This document shows positions 10,039 to 18,927 of a DNA stretch of 34,468 bases, one piece after another. The position numbers and the translations under genes are program-made. Under the pieces are notes generated by a model. That model was given only the letters and a program-made list of their open reading frames with translations. It ran no database searches and had not been told where the DNA came from. Source of the DNA: a virus (Duplodnaviria; Caudoviricetes); IMG/VR virus record IMGVR_UViG_3300004097_000024, positions 1 through 34,468 of that record. One strand, 5' to 3'. Position 1 is the stretch's first letter. Each line of letters opens with the position of its first letter.

Positions 10039-10076
10039 ATTTTAATTCTCCCGTTTGTGTTTTAAATATGTAATTT
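10034..10076 (-). repeat. Leader repeat copy 2 (upstream of capsid gene)
   Basis: Matches 5868-5909 with one indel. Confidence 0.9.
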
Positions 10077-10111
10077 TATGTAATTTTTTTTTACTTATTT
10101 TCTAAATCTTA

Positions 10112-10882
10112 TTAATCTTCAACTTTTACTTTTCCGCTATCATAAAGCGCATCAAGTTCAAGCTCTTGTTCTGGTGTTGCCTTTGAATAAAGGTTTTGCC
10201 ATTCTTCTTGCGTGTAAGTTTTTACACCGTTTTGTTGCTGACCATTTCTTGCAGCGTTAGTTCCTTCTTGAATATCAAAAAAGAATTCATTTGAATTTCT
10301 TTGTTCGTTCACATGGTCTTCAAGTGTAAACTTTTGACCTTTTGAATTGTGTTTAATGTTGCCGTTTGAATCTTTAAAAACAAACTCACCATTCACTAAT
10401 TCTGCTTTTTCCATCGCAAGTTTTATAAAAGTAGATGCTGCACTTTTTTTAATATCTGTTTTTGATATATAATCAGCGGCTGCTCTTTCAAACTCACTTT
10501 TTTTAATTTGGTTTCTAAATCCTAAAACTTCATTTTTTAAATCTTCAATCTCTTTATTTGCACCGCCCATGATTTCATCAAAGTTTTTTTGTTGTGCTTT
10601 CTTTTGCTTATCGAAAACCGCTTGTGCGTTTCCATTTCTCAATAACTCTTTATCTTCTTCATCGCTTGCTAAATTTGAATAGTTGTTTATTTTCTCTTTA
10701 TAACTTCCATTCTCGTTTATTAAATCTTTATTTTTTCCAACAACCTTATCACGCTCACCTGTAATTGAATTTACTTGATTTGTAAGTAGTGCGTTTGCTT
10801 CTCTTAATTGCTCAAGTTCTGTTTGTTGGTTTTCGTTGTTATTATCTAAATTTTGGTTTTCACCGTTATTTTCTTGATTCAT
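10112..10882 (-). CDS. Capsid scaffolding protein
   Basis: Acidic coiled-coil N-terminal half; immediately upstream of capsid gene. Confidence 0.75.
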   Translation of the reverse strand: MNQENNGENQNLDNNNENQQTELEQLREANALLTNQVNSITGERDKVVGKNKDLINENGSYKEKINNYSNLASDEEDKELLRNGNAQAVFDKQKKAQQKNFDEIMGGANKEIEDLKNEVLGFRNQIKKSEFERAAADYISKTDIKKSAASTFIKLAMEKAELVNGEFVFKDSNGNIKHNSKGQKFTLEDHVNEQRNSNEFFFDIQEGTNAARNGQQQNGVKTYTQEEWQNLYSKATPEQELELDALYDSGKVKVED

Positions 10883-11178
10883 TTTATACTTTCCTTTTAA
10901 TTTTTAAAGTTCACTGAACTGCCCACGAGGTCTTTAGTTTTTACATTTTAAATTACATATTTAAAAAACAGGTGTTAAATATCACAAATATTTTTGATAA
11001 CTTATATAAAAATTGTTGACACAATCAACCAAAATTATTAATTATCTAACCTATATATTTAAAAAGGTATAATAAAAAAAGTTAATGTCAACTTTTTACA
11101 TTATATAATGGTTTTTTTTAATGTTTACTATTAAAGAATTTGATTTTTCTTAATTGAATTCTTTTTTTAAGTCTTCTT

Positions 11179-11742
11179 TTATTTAACATAAGCATTATAA
11201 CCTTCAATGAATTGTTCAGCGGTTCCTTTTCCTACATTAGTATTATAATGTTCTTTCCATATTTCCGCCAATTCTTCAATATTAATGTAAGAAGGCATTT
11301 GAAATGATTTCCTAAAATACCAAAGTCGGCAATGTGCTATTGCATATTTTAGATCTGCAATTAAAGTTAAATTTGAAAGGTCTTTGTGTCTTCCCTCTTT
11401 TATAAAATTAACTATAAAATCATTGTGTTCACTTTCTTCTAAATGATTAAAAATTGAAATATCACCAGCCAAAATTAAAAACTTTTTTGCTAATTCTGGT
11501 CTATAAATTAAATATTTTTCCCAATTATCATCATGAGTTTTAGGCTCAATCTGCCAATAAGAACAACCAACGCCACCGTCCAATTGTTTAATGTATGCAA
11601 AATTCCCACCTTCTTGAACTCCAGTTCCAAGAACTAATTCATCAGCAACTTCACCTTTAAATCGCTCATCATAAGTTGCTAAAAACTCATGTGTAAAGTT
11701 TATTAATTCTCGCATTTGCTTTATTTTATTTTTTTGTTTCAT
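11179..11742 (-). CDS. Putative endolysin (lysozyme/transglycosylase-like)
   Basis: LVLGTGVQE, YIKQLDGG..SYWQIEP.T, WKEHYNT..GKGT pattern of phage lysozyme-like proteins. Confidence 0.7.
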   Translation of the reverse strand: MKQKNKIKQMRELINFTHEFLATYDERFKGEVADELVLGTGVQEGGNFAYIKQLDGGVGCSYWQIEPKTHDDNWEKYLIYRPELAKKFLILAGDISIFNHLEESEHNDFIVNFIKEGRHKDLSNLTLIADLKYAIAHCRLWYFRKSFQMPSYINIEELAEIWKEHYNTNVGKGTAEQFIEGYNAYVK

Positions 11743-11855
11743 GATGTTCCCCTGTATTTTTTAATAAAATACATTAGAATAAAAATAATACAACAAAATA
11801 AAATCAATGGTTTTTGATGTTTTATATAATAATATAATCAAGGGAATTAAATAAA

Positions 11856-12119
11856 ATGATTACAAAAGAAGATCAAGCAAAAGTTGTTTTTTCAGATGAA
11901 GAAATCAAAAAAGAAATGAAAAGAAAAGAGAAAGGCAGAAACAGAACCATCATGACAATAGTAGCTTTTTTATATGTTTTATTGTCTGGTATACTACCTA
12001 TTTATTTTGAGGTTAATCCTGTATATCTTCCATTGATTACCAGCACACAAGCAATGTTTTTTATACTTGTAGGTGCATATTTTGGTCTTAATACTTATGA
12101 AAGAACAAAAGATAAATAA
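11856..12119 (+). CDS. Putative holin
   Basis: 87 aa, two hydrophobic segments, GAYFG motif, charged termini; adjacent to endolysin. Confidence 0.6.
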   Translation: MITKEDQAKVVFSDEEIKKEMKRKEKGRNRTIMTIVAFLYVLLSGILPIYFEVNPVYLPLITSTQAMFFILVGAYFGLNTYERTKDK

Positions 12120-12292
12120 CAACCTACGCATAGCAAGTTGTAAAAGTAGCCATCATCATGGTTTTTTTACTCATTCCCCCCCTTACTCGTTAAATTTCAT
12201 CGTTTGTTAAAGATATGATTCTTTAATTAGTAAGAATTAAAAAAAGTTAATAAATAAACAAATCTTTATAAATATACGCAGGTTGATTTTTA

Positions 12293-12868
12293 TTAGATCG
12301 CAGGTCTTATTTGTTTAGTTTTTATTAATGTATTTATAAAGTTTTCATTGGTGTAGCATTCTTTGCCATATAGGTTTTTATAGATTGGATTTCTTATTGT
12401 ATCTCTTAATTTTTCAGTTAAATAAATCTCAATTTCGGCTTCTTGTTTTGATTCATTTAAAAATAATTCGCAAAAAATAAGGTGGGTAAAATTATTATTG
12501 TGGTATTTTTCAGCGTGTGCTGTGAGCACTTGACTTTTGGGTTGTCCTTGTGATATTCCTTTGATTTCTGCTTTGATTTCTTGGGTTGAAGTAACTAATT
12601 CAATGTCAGGTTTACCTCTAAATTGTTTATTATGATGCCTTTCAATTTCTCCGTAAACATTTAATTCTAAAAGGTCAAAACTATATGTATTTAATAAATG
12701 CATTTTGACCGCCCACTCGCAAAAAACGCCAACCCTGCATGATTTTATCGTATTAAAGCATTGCTTTTCTTTTTTTGCTTTGTTGACCGTTTCCCAATAT
12801 TCAAAATTTTCTTTTGCTTTGGCTTCCAGCTTTTGAAATATACATCCATCTATTTTAATAATTGTCAT
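12293..12868 (-). CDS. PD-(D/E)XK nuclease-like protein
   Basis: G.FCE..V, KPDI, AEIKG motifs; start moved to ATG 12868 (AGGGA RBS). Confidence 0.5.
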   Translation of the reverse strand: MTIIKIDGCIFQKLEAKAKENFEYWETVNKAKKEKQCFNTIKSCRVGVFCEWAVKMHLLNTYSFDLLELNVYGEIERHHNKQFRGKPDIELVTSTQEIKAEIKGISQGQPKSQVLTAHAEKYHNNNFTHLIFCELFLNESKQEAEIEIYLTEKLRDTIRNPIYKNLYGKECYTNENFINTLIKTKQIRPAI

Positions 12869-12933
12869 GTTGATCCCTATTATTTTATTGTTTCCTTTAT
12901 TTACATCTACAATAATAATAAAAAAAGTCAAAT

Positions 12934-12961
12934 AAAAAAGGAACTTATGAAAGCTCCTTTT
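12934..12961 (-). terminator. Intrinsic terminator
   Basis: AAAAGGAACTT...AAGCTCCTTTT hairpin. Confidence 0.6.
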
Positions 12962-12983
12962 AATTATTATATAATAGTTTTAT

Positions 12984-13490
12984 TTAGAATCCGTATGCAT
13001 CTTTAAAATCATTATAATCTTTTTGTTGATATTTATTCATTTTAGGTTTTGAATTATAATTGCTTTCAGCTTCACCTCTTAATTCTTCTGAAAGACTTCT
13101 TTTTTCAACAATATTTTTTGCGTTATTAGTTGAAAATTTGCCTTCTTCTCGTAACATTTGCATCCTTGCTTTTCTGTCATATTTATCAGCGTTTTGGAAT
13201 GCATCACCACGTTCTAAAATATTCTCTTCTCTATTAGTTAATTTTATTTTTTCAGGTGATACACTTATATTGTTTTCTTTATCAAATTTTGTTTTAGCTT
13301 CAGCTCTTGTCATAAATTCTTTATATTCAAGATCCTTTGACCCATCAAGATTTCTTACAACTTCAACGATTCCATTCTCATCATCTAAAAAGTAATCATC
13401 AATAATGCCTTCTTTTATCTTTTGAATTGCTCGACTTTGAACTGCTTCTTTGTCTTGTCTTTGCCACCAAGATTGCCATTTTTGCATCAT
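12984..13490 (-). CDS. Hypothetical protein
   Basis: 168 aa, GGGGG RBS, coupled to upstream gene. Confidence 0.7.
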   Translation of the reverse strand: MMQKWQSWWQRQDKEAVQSRAIQKIKEGIIDDYFLDDENGIVEVVRNLDGSKDLEYKEFMTRAEAKTKFDKENNISVSPEKIKLTNREENILERGDAFQNADKYDRKARMQMLREEGKFSTNNAKNIVEKRSLSEELRGEAESNYNSKPKMNKYQQKDYNDFKDAYGF

Positions 13491-13491
13491 A

Positions 13492-13818
13492 TTATTTACC
13501 CCCCTTGATTAGTGTAAAGCCACTTCTTTTTTTATCTATTCTTTCAATAACGATTGCATCAAAAATAAGAGTTAAAACTTTGTAATATTGAAATAAGAAT
13601 TGATCCAAATCTTTTTCACGTGTGCAATCATCTGTAAATAAAACTTTATCACCGTTTTTTAAGTAATTTTTAAACATTTCAAAACCTAGCATTGATGCAA
13701 GTCCTGAATTAACTTCTTCAATAAAGTCTTCTCTTGTTTTATCATTTGAAGCATATTCATTTGATATATCAATAATAACATTTCTATATAGTAATTCCAT
13801 TTTTCTTTTAAAATTCAT
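13492..13818 (-). CDS. Hypothetical protein
   Basis: 108 aa, AAGGAG RBS; C-terminal FTLIKGGK. Confidence 0.7.
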   Translation of the reverse strand: MNFKRKMELLYRNVIIDISNEYASNDKTREDFIEEVNSGLASMLGFEMFKNYLKNGDKVLFTDDCTREKDLDQFLFQYYKVLTLIFDAIVIERIDKKRSGFTLIKGGK

Positions 13819-13943
13819 TTTTTATTCTCCTTTTGTTGTTAATTACATTATAGTATAATTTTAAAATAACTCAATAAGGTATTTAATTTATTATATAAGA
13901 AGTCTAAAAAGTCCTTTATATAAAGGGTTTTTAGTTAGTTTTA

Positions 13944-14115
13944 ATTTTGCCCTTTAATATACTATTGTATTATAAAAAAAGGTTTTGCCCTTTGCTATAC
14001 TATTTTTTGCCCTTTGCTATACTACGCTTTTTTAATAAATCGTTGATATTTGGCGGAGTTTATACCTTACTAACTATTACTTATAACTAATATTGTTTTT
14101 TCAATTATTATTTAT
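13944..14115 (-). repeat. Inverted repeat arm A: second copy of iteron-bearing origin
   Basis: Reverse complement of 30412-30583 (172 bp, 6 mismatches by hand); iterons TTTTGCCCTTT(GC/AA)TATACT at 13945, 13983, 14005. Confidence 0.9.
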
Positions 14116-14256
14116 TATATTTGTTATGTTTAAAGTTGCTACGCAACACTGTAAAAGAATGGTCTTGATTGCTATTCGCAATCGCTTTAACTTGTGGTTA
14201 TATAGGTTAATGCTAAAAGGTGGTTAAAAACACGAATTAATAGGCATATACATAAT

Positions 14257-14312
14257 AAAACAATCAACACGTAGTGTTGTCAGTGTGCGATAGCACTATA
14301 TCTCTTGACCTT
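14257..14312 (+). repeat. Twin mini-hairpin element copy 1
   Basis: CAACAC-GTA-GTGTTG and GTGC-GATA-GCAC; direct repeat of 30334-30390. Confidence 0.85.
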
Positions 14313-14369
14313 TCTCTTGACTTTATTTATTATATTGTTATAATTAAATAAAATTAATGAGGAGTTGAC

Positions 14370-15116
14370 ATGTTAAACTACTTAAAAACAAACATAATTA
14401 ATATAATTTTTTATTCTGTATTCTCTTTTATATTTATTTATTTAATATTTTTAAATTTAATCACTTATGATGTTGAAAAAATAACACTTCAAAAAGGAAA
14501 TCAAATAATAGTTCTGCAAGGAATGTTACATGTTGCCCCTGAAAGTTTTTATAATAAAGTTATTCATGAGAAATCTATATATAAAAAAAATGACTACTTA
14601 ACATTTTATGAACTCATTAAATCAAAAGAAATCAATCAAGAAAAATATATAAAATATAGTATAAAAAAAATAATTAAAAGATTGGATTGGAAAAATGAAA
14701 ACTCTTTTGAAGAAATACAAGATGGATTCAATCTTGACATTTCTATGACTGAATTTAATAATTTAGCTAAAATATACGGGTTAACCAATAAGTTAACAAG
14801 CTTTGAGCAATCGTTGAAAAATCAAGGTTTAACGCAAGAGAAAGAAGGCTTTATTGATACAATAAACATACCTAAACCAATTTATAAAATGTATTTAAAA
14901 CACAACTGGATCGTGGTTAACCAATTAGTGAATAAGGGAGAATTCTACAACGACATTATTATTCAATACAGGAATCAAAAGGTTGTTAACCATTTAGTGA
15001 ATATTGAGGAGAACGCTTATATTACGTATGGTCAAAGCCATTTAAAAGGCATAGTTCACTTATTAGTTAATAAAGGTTTTGTTGTCAAAAATAAAGAAAA
15101 AATTAATTTGTTTTAA
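14370..15116 (+). CDS. Membrane-anchored TraB/GumN-like protein
   Basis: N-terminal TM helix; GMLH, RN and YGQSH.G motifs. Confidence 0.5.
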   Translation: MLNYLKTNIINIIFYSVFSFIFIYLIFLNLITYDVEKITLQKGNQIIVLQGMLHVAPESFYNKVIHEKSIYKKNDYLTFYELIKSKEINQEKYIKYSIKKIIKRLDWKNENSFEEIQDGFNLDISMTEFNNLAKIYGLTNKLTSFEQSLKNQGLTQEKEGFIDTINIPKPIYKMYLKHNWIVVNQLVNKGEFYNDIIIQYRNQKVVNHLVNIEENAYITYGQSHLKGIVHLLVNKGFVVKNKEKINLF

Positions 15117-15119
15117 AAC

Positions 15120-15147
15120 TTGTAACCTGCGCATAAAATGTTATAAT
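15120..15147 (+). promoter_or_regulatory. Promoter with ACCTGCGCATAA motif in spacer
   Basis: TTGTAA 15120-15125, motif 15125-15136, TATAAT 15142-15147. Confidence 0.65.
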
Positions 15148-15197
15148 ATAAAATATAGGGTGATTGATAATAAGTGAAATAAAAAACGGAGAAGAAG

Positions 15198-15587
15198 ATG
15201 AAGAATAAAATCAATTACAAGAAAAAAAATAAAATGAATTTAGATAAAAACGGACAAGAGGTTTTGAGCACTCAACCACAAGCAAAAAATTTAAGAATCA
15301 TAAAACCATTTATAATTAAAGAATTTGGAAAACATAAAGTAGTATGTTATTCTTTGCAAGTTTTAATGAATAATAATAGGCTTTGTTGTAGTGAAAGAAA
15401 AGCGCAACATATTTTAAATAGTCAAGGAGAAAACTTTAATAATTTAGTTGGCTACTTTGAGAATACAAAAAGTTTTAAAAGGTTTTTTGTGAGAGCAGAT
15501 TGCATTAATGAATTCAATGAGAAGTTGCAAACGAAGAATTGTAAATTTCCAGAAAAAAAACATTTGGGAATTTTAGATAATATATAA
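15198..15587 (+). CDS. Hypothetical protein
   Basis: 129 aa, GGAG RBS. Confidence 0.65.
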   Translation: MKNKINYKKKNKMNLDKNGQEVLSTQPQAKNLRIIKPFIIKEFGKHKVVCYSLQVLMNNNRLCCSERKAQHILNSQGENFNNLVGYFENTKSFKRFFVRADCINEFNEKLQTKNCKFPEKKHLGILDNI

Positions 15588-15613
15588 AAAAAATATTGGG
15601 AGATATTAAAAAA

Positions 15614-15832
15614 ATGGAAAAATTTAAAAAAGCATTAAGATGGTTTTATTTGCTGCCAAAATACAAACAGGATTATGTTGAATCAATTATTGCAATGATT
15701 CTTCATTTTTCTATTTTTTATCTTGGGGGTGTTTTTGTTTGGGCTGGCTTTATAATTACAATGTTTATAATTCAAACTGGTTTTGTTTTATTTAAAACTT
15801 TTAATATTTTAAATAAGATAAGGGGAAAATAA
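15614..15832 (+). CDS. Small membrane protein
   Basis: ATG 15614 after TATTGGGAGA; long hydrophobic stretch. Confidence 0.65.
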   Translation: MEKFKKALRWFYLLPKYKQDYVESIIAMILHFSIFYLGGVFVWAGFIITMFIIQTGFVLFKTFNILNKIRGK

Positions 15833-16341
15833 TGCCAACATTAAACACAAGAAAAGCGATCAGAAAACTTTCGAAACATTATAATGAAAAATTAAACATG
15901 CCAAAGAAGGTTGCAAAAACAAAAGCAAAAAAAAGAGTTAAAGAAAAAGTTGCTGAATTAATACATTATGAAGAGTTACATAATTTTTTAGAAGAGAAAA
16001 AAATTAATAATATTTTATTTTGTTTTGTAAATTCAAAAGGTGAGAAAAAAGAAAGGGCTTTTGATTTAAAAAATAATAAAAGTCTTGAAGATTTTCAAGG
16101 CGTTATTAATTTAGTATTAACAAATAAACCTGAAAATGAAAATGAAATAAATTATTCAAAATTAAGACTTACAGATTTTCACATCACTTGTGCATCGATG
16201 TCAAAAGTATTTGAAGAAGACAAGATTGATGAAGTTGATTACATGTTAACTGTTTGCTTAACTTCTTTTCTTAATTCATTATTAAATGATAAAATGCCAA
16301 CATTAAAAGCATTCAAGAATGAAGTCAACAAGATAAAATAA
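15832..16341 (+). CDS. Hypothetical protein
   Basis: 169 aa, stop/start overlap with upstream gene. Confidence 0.7.
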   Translation: MPTLNTRKAIRKLSKHYNEKLNMPKKVAKTKAKKRVKEKVAELIHYEELHNFLEEKKINNILFCFVNSKGEKKERAFDLKNNKSLEDFQGVINLVLTNKPENENEINYSKLRLTDFHITCASMSKVFEEDKIDEVDYMLTVCLTSFLNSLLNDKMPTLKAFKNEVNKIK

Positions 16342-16363
16342 AAAACTGTTTACCCCTATAATT

Positions 16364-16392
16364 AAGCCCACATATTTTTGTGGGCTTTTTTT
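16364..16392 (+). terminator. Intrinsic terminator
   Basis: AAGCCCACA...TGTGGGCTT plus T-run. Confidence 0.8.
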
Positions 16393-16393
16393 A

Positions 16394-16432
16394 TTATGCG
16401 CAGGTTGACAAAGTTTATTTTAATGATAATAT
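16394..16432 (+). promoter_or_regulatory. Promoter with TTATGCGCAGGT abutting -35
   Basis: Motif 16394-16405 overlapping TTGACA 16405-16410; AT-rich -10 region. Confidence 0.7.
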
Positions 16433-16464
16433 AAGGGAATAAAAACAAAAAGGGGAACAACAAA

Positions 16465-16680
16465 ATGATTGATTATATTATTTTAATTATATCAACACCA
16501 ATTATTTTATTTATAAATTATTTTTTTAATAATGAAAAAGATGAAGAAAAACGAAATAAAAAATATTCTTTAATTGACGAGTGTGTAACTTTAATGATTG
16601 CAGCTTTTGTTCTTGTTTTATTATTCTGGATTTCATCACTGTTTATTTGTTTTCTTATTGTGAGCTTTCTAAATGCATGA
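16465..16680 (+). CDS. Small two-TM membrane protein
   Basis: 71 aa, two hydrophobic segments, AAGGGG RBS. Confidence 0.65.
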   Translation: MIDYIILIISTPIILFINYFFNNEKDEEKRNKKYSLIDECVTLMIAAFVLVLLFWISSLFICFLIVSFLNA

Positions 16681-16831
16681 AATTGAACTCACTGATGAAA
16701 TGATTGATCTTCATTTAAAATTAGGTAATGCAAAAATACTTAATTTTTTAATTAACAAGAGCATTCTTTGTGAAGAAAGCAAAGAAGAATTAAGAGAAAA
16801 AGTAATGCAACGAAAAATAAAGGAGTTTTAA
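16673..16831 (+). CDS. Small hypothetical protein (not in ORF track), ends QRKIKEF
   Basis: 52-aa ORF MHEIELTDEMIDL... fills the gap between coupled genes. Confidence 0.55.
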   Translation: MHEIELTDEMIDLHLKLGNAKILNFLINKSILCEESKEELREKVMQRKIKEF

Positions 16832-16833
16832 TA

Positions 16834-17040
16834 ATGAAAACTAAAATAATAAAAATAAAAAAAGATGCTGATGATATTTTGGAACAATCCAAAGGTATTT
16901 ATGAAAGTATGTTTGTTGTTGGATGGGACAAAAATGGAAATATGAAAACAACATATGATGGCAATTTAAGCAATGAACAAATTTTGTGGCTGATTGAAAA
17001 TTTTAAATTTAGTCTATTGGAAGGAAAAAACGATGAGTGA
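16834..17040 (+). CDS. Hypothetical protein
   Basis: 68 aa, AAGGAG RBS; VVGWDKNG motif. Confidence 0.7.
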   Translation: MKTKIIKIKKDADDILEQSKGIYESMFVVGWDKNGNMKTTYDGNLSNEQILWLIENFKFSLLEGKNDE

Positions 17041-17215
17041 TAAACCTGACATGTATAGAGTGTTTGATGAAAATGGAAATATAAATAAAGGTTTCACTGT
17101 TAATAATTGGAATAATGAAATGGTTGAATCAATAGAAATTAAAAGGCAAGAAGTTATGAGATTTAAAAAAGAAGAAATAAGAAATAAAATAAATAATAAA
17201 TTAAAGGGGTTTTAA
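17033..17215 (+). CDS. Hypothetical protein, ends KINNKLKGF
   Basis: ATG 17033 after AAGGA; overlaps upstream stop. Confidence 0.65.
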   Translation: MSDKPDMYRVFDENGNINKGFTVNNWNNEMVESIEIKRQEVMRFKKEEIRNKINNKLKGF

Positions 17216-17216
17216 A

Positions 17217-17645
17217 ATGATAGATAAATTAATAAAAACTGGAACTACAATATTACAAAGTAAAGCAATAACAATTGTTCTTTCAGTTGTTTTGACAATA
17301 GCCATCTATTTTTATATAGATAGCAAAACTACTATTTCAAATCTTGAAGAAGAAAACAAAATTTTAATATCAAGTAATGAAGCAAACAAAATAAAAGTGA
17401 TCGAAGAAAGGAATCGTTGTAACAATAACAAAGAAATTGAAATCTTAAATAATAATAATGAAACTTTGAAAGAAGAAAACGAACAACTAAAAATTATTAA
17501 TATATTATTAAAAGATAATCAAACAATAAAAGAAGAAGACAACAAAAAAATAAATGCTGAATTAAATAAAATAAAAAATAAAAAATGTTTGCAAACAATA
17601 GTTGACGATGAAATGGTTGAAAGCTTAAACAAGATATTTAATTAA
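17217..17645 (+). CDS. Putative i-spanin (Rz-like)
   Basis: N-terminal TM helix, coiled coil, Cys near C-terminus (KKCLQTIVDD). Confidence 0.55.
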   Translation: MIDKLIKTGTTILQSKAITIVLSVVLTIAIYFYIDSKTTISNLEEENKILISSNEANKIKVIEERNRCNNNKEIEILNNNNETLKEENEQLKIINILLKDNQTIKEEDNKKINAELNKIKNKKCLQTIVDDEMVESLNKIFN

Positions 17646-17663
17646 ATAAAAGGAGGCTTAATA

Positions 17664-17984
17664 ATGGATGTAATAATTATAAAACAAGAGTTTCAAGAAA
17701 ACGACAAAAGAGATTTGCAAGGTGAAAAACTTTATTTTAAAAATATAAAAAATAATGAATACTATTCAATATCAAAAGTTAAAATTACCGATAATGACTT
17801 TTTCACAAGAAAACCATCTTTTGAATATATGCCTTGTAAAATGCATTTTATAAATAATGAATTTATTCTTGATTATTTTATTGATGATGAAATGTTTAGA
17901 AGTGAGCGTGATGATATAAAGTGGGCATTAAAAAAATTAGGTTTTAATGATGTAACAATAATCAATAAATTAAAGGAATTTTAA
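17664..17984 (+). CDS. Hypothetical protein, ends IINKLKEF
   Basis: 106 aa, AGGAGG RBS. Confidence 0.7.
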   Translation: MDVIIIKQEFQENDKRDLQGEKLYFKNIKNNEYYSISKVKITDNDFFTRKPSFEYMPCKMHFINNEFILDYFIDDEMFRSERDDIKWALKKLGFNDVTIINKLKEF

Positions 17985-17985
17985 A

Positions 17986-18369
17986 ATGGACAAAGAAACA
18001 GAGGTTGAATTTACACTGGATTTTAAAGGTTATAGCTTGTTTACTTTGGAAAACGATCAAGCAAGAATTGAAAGGGAAGAAATGAAAAGAAGAAAACAAA
18101 AATTAAAAGAAAACATAAAAGGGTTTTCAATGAAAAATAACAATCCATATATTCCATCCGATTATGCACAACAATTTGATTTTAACGAAAAACTAAAATA
18201 TTGTGATGCTGAAACTTTTGAGCACTATAAAAAAGATTTACGTGAGCATTATAAAACTAAATCAAATAGGAATATCCATTATCATAACGTAAAGCTTGAA
18301 ACATTAATTAAAACAATAAAAGAAAGAGAAGTAAAAGAAAAGATTGAAAACAATTTGAAGGGGTTTTAA
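17986..18369 (+). CDS. Hypothetical protein, ends KIENNLKGF (probable two-gene fusion)
   Basis: 127 aa; internal KLKENIKGF-TCA-ATG at 18121-18132. Confidence 0.65.
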   Translation: MDKETEVEFTLDFKGYSLFTLENDQARIEREEMKRRKQKLKENIKGFSMKNNNPYIPSDYAQQFDFNEKLKYCDAETFEHYKKDLREHYKTKSNRNIHYHNVKLETLIKTIKEREVKEKIENNLKGF

Positions 18370-18371
18370 TT

Positions 18372-18815
18372 ATGTTTGATATTATATTTTTTATTTGTAG
18401 TCTTATATTTTCATTGTCAATGTTTACATATGTTTATTTTGATACTTTTAATATTGTTGAAGCTATAAAAATAATAATAAAAAAAGAAAAAGAGTTGAAA
18501 GAACTCAAAGAAAATAAATTAAAAATAGATTTTTGGAATAAAGATGGAGCTGAAAAAAGAATAAGAATTAATGTTGAAGATTTTAATTATAATGTTTTTA
18601 TTGATTTAATAAATAATGAATTATTTAAAAATAAAAAATCAATATATGTTAATGTTGAAATAATTTATTATAAAATAAATCTTGAAAGTTTTAAAGTTGA
18701 AGAATGGGCATCTGCTCATAACTGCCCACTTAATGAGAATGAAGATGATTGTTATGATAGAATACAACAATATTTGAATGCTTATAAAATAAATAATAAA
18801 TTAGATAACTTTTAA
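18372..18815 (+). CDS. Membrane-anchored hypothetical protein, ends KINNKLDNF
   Basis: N-terminal hydrophobic segment. Confidence 0.7.
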   Translation: MFDIIFFICSLIFSLSMFTYVYFDTFNIVEAIKIIIKKEKELKELKENKLKIDFWNKDGAEKRIRINVEDFNYNVFIDLINNELFKNKKSIYVNVEIIYYKINLESFKVEEWASAHNCPLNENEDDCYDRIQQYLNAYKINNKLDNF

Positions 18816-18817
18816 AT

Positions 18818-18852
18818 AAAAAAAAGCCCCTGAAATTAATCAAGGGCTTTTT
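18818..18852. terminator. Bidirectional intrinsic terminator
   Basis: A8-GCCCCTGA...TCAAGGGC-T5. Confidence 0.75.
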
Positions 18853-18927
18853 ACAAAAGGCGTTATTATAAAAATGTTAAATAATAACTTACACAAATAT
18901 ATATTGGGAGAATACTTTTTTTGCATA
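18818..18927 (-). ncRNA. Candidate sRNA complementary to ATATTGGGAGA-class leaders
   Basis: TTGTAA(18960)-N16-TATAAT(18938) promoter, internal hairpin 18862-18888, U8 terminator; contains UCUCCCAAUAUAU. Confidence 0.4.

Noticed and set aside
11181-11208. ATTTAACATAA equals a XerD arm
   Set aside because: Lies in the last codons of the endolysin gene and has no XerC arm; expected by chance in AT-rich DNA
6843-13490. Other proteins ending in Phe (FTLDVF, KKKYGF, KDAYGF) as members of the tag family
   Set aside because: They lack the full K-[LIV]-x-x-F pattern with a hydrophobic -7 residue; counted as background, though not excluded
13945-14023. 19-bp repeats as a CRISPR array
   Set aside because: Spacers are 3 and 19 bp, only three copies, no cas genes; geometry fits iterons
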